Of a stretch of DNA of 64,000 nt, positions 55,470-64,000 are shown piece by piece. The DNA lies in NCBI RefSeq assembly GCF_009914755.1, contig NC_060926.1. One strand, written 5' to 3'. This DNA is from the human T2T-CHM13v2.0 reference genome, Homo sapiens. Made by a program: the position numbers and the translations under genes. The first letter of the stretch is position 1. Each line of letters starts with the position of its first letter. The notes below the pieces were generated by a model, which made no database searches, was not told the DNA's origin, and was given only the letters and a program-made list of their open reading frames with translations.

Positions 55470-56250
55470 TGAAAAACCTCAAATTTACAAAGAATTTGTA
55501 AGAATAGTACCATGAATACACACATATTCTTCACCTAGATTCACCAATTGTTAAAATTCCATCACTGCTGTTTAATTCTTTTTATCTTTCTCTGCTAACA
55601 CAGACACATATTTTTGCTGAACCTTCTGAGAGTACTTGCTGACATTCTGACACTTAAACCTCGAATACCTAAGTATTATCTATAAACAAGGATGGTTCTC
55701 TACATAACCCCAGTACGATGATCACATTCAGGAAATTAAACATTAAGGCAATGCTATTATGAAATATAGGCTATACTCAAATTTCCCCCAGTTTCTCAGT
55801 AATCTGCTTTGTATTATTTTTTTCAATCAATAATAACACATTAAATTCTGTCATCATGTCTCTATTTTCTCCTTTAATCTAGAATGGTTTTCCAGGCTTT
55901 TCCCTTTTTAATCTTTTGTGATGTTAACATTTTTGAAGAATCTAGGCCAGTTATTTTGCAGAATATGGATTTGTCTGATTATTTCTTCATGCTTAGATTC
56001 AGTTAAAACAATTTTGGCAATAACTACACAAAGTTGTTGTGTCCTTCTCAGTGTATTGTATCTGGAGGTACCCTATGTCAGAACACTCCATCACAGTAAT
56101 CTTCAGTTGGGATCACTTGGTTAAAGCAGTATCTGCTAGATTTATCAATTATCTTTTCCCTATTGTAATTATCAAGTAATCTGTGGGGTGGTATATGTGA
56201 ATATATCTTTTCTCACCAAGATTCTTTTACCCAGCATTTTTTTTACAACC
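55470..56250 (-). mobile_element. Old L1M (L1MC-like) fragment
   Basis: TTCACCTAGATTCACCAATTGTTAA and GGCCAGTTATTTTGCAGAAT...GGATTTGTCTGAT signatures. Confidence 0.65.
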
Positions 56251-56982
56251 ATTTGAATTTTCTTGCTATGACAGAATTAGTTTCATAAGAGCATAATTAA
56301 GGAATCTGGTAAGATGTCTTTGAAAGTTCTAATTACAACCCTCATCTCTTCTTATGTTAAACTGTCTTCATTCATTTACCTACCTATTTAACAAATGTTT
56401 AAAGAATGCTCGTTTTGTGGCTTGGCCTGTGACATTTTCATCAGTGGCTTCATAGTTGCCTAAACTAATGTCTCTTCCTGTGCTCCAGAATCCTATTGGC
56501 AACTATTTTCCATGGATGCCATAAACTCAACATACTCAGATGAAAGCTGTCATTTCACTTTCTCACCTGCTCTTCCTGTTATTTATTCCAGTAAATTGCA
56601 CCTCTGTCTTCTCATTGACCCTATAATAAGAAAGGCCTATTTATTGAGTGGCTATCTGTTACAATAGGCCTTTTATACATGTTACATGCATTATCTCATT
56701 TAATCTTTTCAATAATCTTGAGAATTAGATGCCATTATCTGGAGGACATTGGGCTTTGAGCCCCAGGTCAACAGTAAGCAAGTCCCCATGCTAGGATACA
56801 AATCCAGTTATCTTGGGCTTCAAAATCTTTGCTTTAGCATAGTGATAAAGGTATCACTGGCTTCAAATCCTGGCTCTGCCACTTCCTACGGGTGATTGGG
56901 TAAGTCACCTTAACTTTCAATGCCTTGATTTCCTTCTTTATAAAATGGGAAAAATGGTAACTCTTGTCTTGTAGGGTTGTTA

Positions 56983-57316
<334 letters not shown>

Positions 57317-57468
57317 AACTTGACATTTGAATAATTTCTGCAGCACCACAGTACTTCTCAAACCATAATTCTGGTGTCATTCATTCTAAACTTCTCCTTC
57401 CACTCACTGATTGTGGACTAGTCCCATAGGGACCTCGTCTTCACAGCTGTCATTACCTTAGTTTAGAC

Positions 57469-57690
57469 CAGGGGTTGGCAAACCATGGCCCACAGGCCAA
57501 ATCCAGACTTCACCTATTTTCGTAAATGAAGTTTTATTGGAATGCACACACACCCATTTGTTTACATATAATATATGGCTTCTTTCATTCTAAAATGACA
57601 GAGTTGAGTAGTGGCAACAGAGACCCCACCGTTTGCAAATCATAACATATTTACTATTTTGCCCCCTTCAGAAAGCTTTCCAAATCCTGG
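57469..57690. mobile_element. MER58A-like hAT element
   Basis: CAGGGGTTGGCAAAC...GGCCAAATCC...GAGTTGAGTAGTGGCAACAGAGACC. Confidence 0.85.
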
Positions 57691-58303
57691 TGCCTGGCGT
57701 ATTCCAATAGTCTTCTTCCCAGTCTTCCTGGTTACATTTCTCCCTGAACCCATCCTCCCCATCCCTAAAATTTCCCCCAAATGTGAACTCAGTCATACCA
57801 GTTTGCTCCTTATGTTTCATTGGCCCTTGCTGCTAAGAGCATCCGCTTGCACCTTCTGCTCATCCCCAGACAAGCTTTGTCCTGTGACCATAATGAACTC
57901 TTCATGCCGTTTCCAACTTTAGCCCATGTTATTCTTCTTGTCTGAATATCCACCCTTTTCTCTGTTCTCAATAATAAGTTCAGGCTTTTCGTCTTCTGAG
58001 AAGCCCTTTCTGACTTCCACAGGCTGAACCACTGGCTTCTGCTCCTCTACATAATACTTCAATTCCAGCATTGATCTCACTCTATCATGATCATGGGTTT
58101 AGCTGCCTGTCCCTGCCACTGCTGTGTGTTCCTCTTGAGGGCAGGAACATTTGTTTTTCACTTTTTAAAAAACCTCTGTTGCCCAGTCTGGCATTAGGAA
58201 GTGCCCATTAGGTTGTTATTGCTTGTTGGCGCTTGAGCTGGGGCTTGAAGGTTTCTATAATGTGTAGCAGTGTATAGAAAACAGGCAGGTCAGAAAAGGC
58301 TTC

Positions 58304-58412
58304 TGTGCATCACACCAACATGGCACATGTATACATATGTAACAAATCTGCATGTTGTGCACATGTACCCTAAAACTTAAAGTATAATAATAATAAAATT
58401 TAAAAAAAAAAA
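58304..58412 (+). mobile_element. Severely 5'-truncated L1PA
   Basis: CACACCAACATGGCACATGTATACATATGTAACAAA...CCCTAAAACTTAAAGTATAATAA plus poly-A, with TSD AGAAAAGGCTTC/AGAAGAGGCTTC. Confidence 0.92.
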
Positions 58413-59489
58413 AGAAGAGGCTTCCTGGAGGAGATGACAGCTGAGCTAAGTCCTGGAGGATGAGAAGGAGTATAAAATAAGATAATAGGAGAAAAAAGGC
58501 AGTAGGAACAGCATGGGTAAAGGTGATGAGGCCTGAAAGAGGCACGTGGAAGGAAAGACAAATGCAGGAAGGGGGAATGGGAGGGAATGCTGGGGTACAG
58601 GCCAAAGAGGGAGGCATTTGGTGAGTATTCTGCAGAGTCTCCTCTGCTGTGCTGAGGTGTGGACAATGGGAAACCATGGACGGACTGGAGTAGGCAAATG
58701 TCATATTCCCTGTTGCAACTGTCTGTTTGCATGTCAGCCTTCTAGAAGCCCCTTAAGGTATCAACTATGTTTTTGTTTTGTCATCATTCAATCCTAAGTG
58801 CACAGAATTCCGGGCATATTACAGGTTCCCCATAAATGTTTCTTTCTTTATTAAAATGTATGAAAACTCTCCAGATTTAAGGAAGGTCCTCAATGTTTCA
58901 AATTCTTTTTGTTAGATCATTGGTCCTGTCTACAGCTGTCACAAATTTAAGGACTCTGGTTATATTTAATCTTCACTTTTGAATTTTCTGCTTGAAAAAT
59001 TTGTATTAGAAAAAAAAGTCTATCCTTTTATGGACGGCTCTAATCTCTTGAATCATTTGGGTTGGCTTTTCTTTGGACCTTCTTCAACTCTGTTTTGTCT
59101 CTGTTGAGTTAAGGCTTTTAAGAACACCTGAATTCTTTCCTTCTGCAAAACCAGAGGCAGCTTCTTTTCCGCCTATTTTCAGTTTATTTCTTGTGATTTT
59201 AGTTTTTTTCTCTTAACCAAATGCTAAATGGATTTAGGAGAAATAAACTTATTTGTAAAGCTGTCAAGGGACCATTAGAAGGATGGTGCTTCACAGATAG
59301 AATACAGTTTTTATTAATGATGCCTAGACAAATCCTGCCATTAGCCCAAGGGCTCAGAAAGTTAGCAGCCTAGTAGTTTTGGAGATGTCAATGAAATGAA
59401 TTGGACTGGATGGTTAAGGATGCCCAGAAGATTGAATAAAATTGGGATTTAGGAGGACCCTTGTACTCCAGGAAATTCTCCAAGTCTCC

Positions 59490-59941
<452 letters not shown>

Positions 59942-62446
59942 TGAGACTTTTGGAGCATGAAGATGGAGGAGGTGTTTCTCCTACCTGGGTTTCATTTGTT
60001 TCAGCAGTCAAGGGCAGTGATTTATAGCAAAGCCAGAAGTTAAAGGTAAAACTCCAATCTGGCTTGGCTGGCTCTGTATTCCAGGGCCAGCAGGGAGCAG
60101 TTGGGCGGCAGCAAATAAGGCAAAGAGATAGCTCAGAACAGAGCGCCAGGTATTTAGTAGGGGCTTCATGAATGCATGTGAGTTGGTTTAGTAGAGAGAC
60201 ACAGGCAATTTCAGACCCTTCTATGAGACTGGAAGTGATTTAAGAGGGAAAGGATAGCCATAGTCCTGAATACATTTGAGCTGGGTTTCAGGATGAGCTC
60301 ACAAGTTCCTTTAAAAAAAATTGACTTAAGCAAATCCTGGGAAGAGTTTTTTTGCTATACAATTCAAGGTTTTAAGGTCCTCGGATTCATATACTTTATA
60401 AATGAATTAGCCAGCTTGTTTAAAATGTAGGGAAATTGTGGGAAGAATGCCTTCTTTACTTAATTCAAGGTTTTAAGGTTCTCTTAAATCAATTCTACTA
60501 GCTAATTAGCCAATTATTTAAAAATAAAAGTTTGAAATTGCCAAAAAAAAAAGACAAGGAAAAGGAAAGAAAGAAAGCCACCAGTCTGTTTGGCATACAA
60601 TACTTAATTGTTGCCTGACCTACGTGTGGGTTTCAGATGCAGATCCTCAGTTTTCAGCTCTTCAGAGACTGACACCAGGTTTGTTACACGGCTTAAAATG
60701 ATGAGTATATCCATTGAATCTCAACCTTATCTCTCTCTAGACCTTCTTGGCTAAGAAACCATGTAGTTTGTATGAAGTAGGTACTCAAAAGATATTTGAT
60801 GATTTAATTTTTACTGGAGAAGAAATATTCATATATGTTTTCTTATTTTTACATGTTTTAAATATGTAAAGATTAAATAAACACTCTTAGAAGTATTTAA
60901 ATTTCCTAAAGTAAATTTATCTCAACCAGTAACAGGACCCTCCCAATACTGGAAAGTTGAGTGTGACCGCATTTAGTGGTGATAAGTGTGAGCTTGCTTG
61001 GGGAGAGGGCAGGACATTTAGGATTTCTTAAGCTTAGAGTCAATACAATAAAGATTATTGAGTGCTCACTTGGGTGGGCTATAATCACTGCTCACAGGAG
61101 TTCATGAACCACAAGTAAAAGAGTGAGGAGATATGATTAGCTCACAAATAACTTTAATACAGAGCAGAAAGTAATGAACTACTGCAATGGAGTTATCACA
61201 GTGCTAAGGATGCTCAGAGGGCATCTCTGATAGGCAGAGGTGAGGGTTAGGGAAGGAAGCTGTAGTCTAGCTAGCTAGAGCTGCTGGAATAGACATGACA
61301 ATGGCTGCTGCCAAACTGTTTTCTCTTCTGAGGACAGATGTCCCGTGCAAGTGGCTTGGTGGAAGGGACTAGTGTCTCTAATATAGGGTGATTTATAAGC
61401 AGGAAAGTGTGTCCTAGAAATTCAGACCAGAGTGATAGATTGGAATTGGATCATGGGGGACTCATTGAATGTTATTTATTGTATTTGTTTTTGCGATCAG
61501 TGTTAGTAAAGTGTCAAAGGGATTGAGCAGATGAGTGACATCATGCAACACAAGTTTTGAGTTTCACTTGTCAGACTGACTGGAGAGGGGCCTGGTTAGT
61601 TACAGGAAGGTAATTTGGCATGCAGCCACTATTTTTGAGTTGATGCAAGTCTCTCTGTATGGAGAGCTGGTCTCCTTTATCCTGTGGGAAAAGAGAACAA
61701 AGGAGCATGGGAGTGTTCAAGGGAAGGAGAAATAAAGGGCAGAGAGGCAGCGGTGGTGTCAGGGGAAGCCCACAGGAGTTAACAGCAGGGTTGCCTCAAC
61801 CTAGAGAGGAAGCGACCTGGTGCCCTCGGCTCTGTGGCTTCCTTCATCTAACAACATCTTCCACTCTACAACAATGCCAGGGAAGGCGGAGGCTGGTACA
61901 GTGCATCAAGACACAGCTACTCCTGGGTGACAGAGGTTCAGGGCCAGCTCACTAAGTAGGCAGAAGTTTTTGACATATACTTTGAGAGATAAAGCAAGAT
62001 TCTGTACCTCAACCTTCAGAATTTCCCCTACCACTCATTATAGTTCCGGAGCTATATAGCTCCTATCATTCTATCATAACCTTAGAATACCAGAGAACAT
62101 ATCATCTCATCTAATTATCTCTTACTATATGTGAAAAAAATGAAGGACATGGGGGAAGTGTGACTTGCCCCAAATCACATATTTCATGGTAGAGCCAGGT
62201 CTTCTGTTTGTCATATCAGTGTTCTTCCTGCCACAACCATCTTGAAGAATCTATTTCTCAGTAAGAAAATATCTTTATGGAGAGTAGCTGGAAAACAGTT
62301 GAGAGATGGAGGGGAGGCTGGGGGTGTGGAGAGGGGAAGGGGTAAGTGATAGATTCGTTGAAGGGGGGAGAAAAGGCCGTGGGGATGAAGCTAGAAGGCA
62401 GAAGGGCTTGCCTGGGCTTGGCCATGAAGGAGCATGAGTTCACTGA

Positions 62447-62893
<447 letters not shown>

Positions 62894-63263
62894 TAATTTC
62901 AGGAGGTTTACTTTTAGGACTGTGGACATTCTCTTTAAGAGTTCTGTACCACATGGTAGCCTTGCTTATTGTGGGTGGCAACCTTAATAGCATTCTGACT
63001 GTAAAATAAAATGATTTGGGGAAATTGGGGCTCTCGCTCTGGAGTGCTAACCATCATGACGTTTGATCTGTACTTTTGATATGATATGATGCTCCTGGGG
63101 AAGTAGTCCCAAATAGCCAAACCTATTGGTGGGCTACCCATGCAATTTAGGGGTGGACCTCAAGGCCTGGAAGCTCTAATGTCCTTTTTTCACCAATGTT
63201 GGGGAGTAGAGCCCTAGAGTTTAAAACTGTCTCAGGGAGGCTCTGCTTTGTTTTCTGTTGCAG

Positions 63264-63373
63264 ATCCAGAACCGTGCCCAGATTCTGACTTCCTCCTCTG
63301 GATCCTTGCAGCAGTTAGTTCGGGGTTGTTTTTTTATAGCTTTCTCCTCACAGCTGTTTCTTTGAGCAAAATG
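63264..63373 (+). CDS. CTLA4: CTLA4 exon 3 (stalk cysteine and transmembrane helix)
   Basis: Acceptor TTGCAG|ATCC and donor ATG|GTGAGT, 110 nt. Encodes [37 protein letters not shown], with the dimerising Cys codon at 63275-63277. Exon 4 (YVKM tail) is not in the window. Confidence 0.99.
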
Positions 63374-64000
63374 GTGAGTGTGGTGCTGATGGTGCACCAT
63401 GTCTGATGGGGATACCTTTAGTGGTATCAACTGGCCAAAAGATGATGTTGAGTTTAGTGTTCTTGAGATGAGATGAGGCAATAAATGAAGAGGAAGGACA
63501 GTGGTAAAGAACGCACTAGAACCGTAGGCATTGGCATTTGAGGTTTCAGAATGACTAATATTTTAGATGAATTTGTTTGACATTGAATGTTCATGTGCTT
63601 CTGAGCAGGGTTTCAATTTGAGTAACCGTTGCAATAACATGGGGCAGCTGTTTTGCTCTTTGTCTTCATGACAACTGTACTTAAGCTAACAGCCCTGAAA
63701 CATGAGATTAGGCTGGGCAGAATGCTGCTAGAGAGGACCACTTGGATGGTCTTTATTCTCCTTCTCCATGTCCCTCTCCATCACCTGGAAGTCACCTCTG
63801 GGTGCCACTCTGGTGCCTTCCTTGTCGAAGCTGTAGCTGCTCACATGACACCTATCCCTATTATCCAGTTTGCTTGACTGGGACGTTTTGCCTTCCCCTT
63901 CAGCCAGGAAGTGAAAGTCCCAGTTTTTATTTATCACAGGTGTTGGTATTGGTGGTAGAAGAGGTAGAATTATGGAATCAGGCCTCCTGTCAGGATTTCT

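Overview
Human (primate) genomic DNA from the CD28-CTLA4-ICOS costimulatory locus. About 59.7 kb of repeat-rich upstream intergenic sequence is followed by the CTLA4 promoter and coding exons 1-3 on the + strand (ATG at 59828). Exon 4 lies beyond the window end. The CTLA4 allele shown encodes Ala17 (+49G) and has C at -1722. The upstream region holds about 18 Alus, L1/L2/MIR fragments, MaLR LTRs, MER DNA transposons and one nearly complete but dead ERVL-class provirus (about 38.0-44.4 kb, with gag, protease, RT, RNase H, integrase and dUTPase remnants between two LTR16-like LTRs). No novel protein-coding system is supported, and almost all listed ORFs are repeat-derived or random. The most interesting signals are regulatory and structural: a triple STAT5 (GAS) motif cluster at about 27.9-28.1 kb, a palindromic array of six NFAT cores at about 14.9 kb, an AP-1/NFAT/RUNX/STAT cluster at about 22.7 kb, two candidate CTCF sites, hairpin/template-switch scars and a G4-prone tract before exon 2. 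Repeat subfamily names and boundaries were assigned by eye and are approximate.
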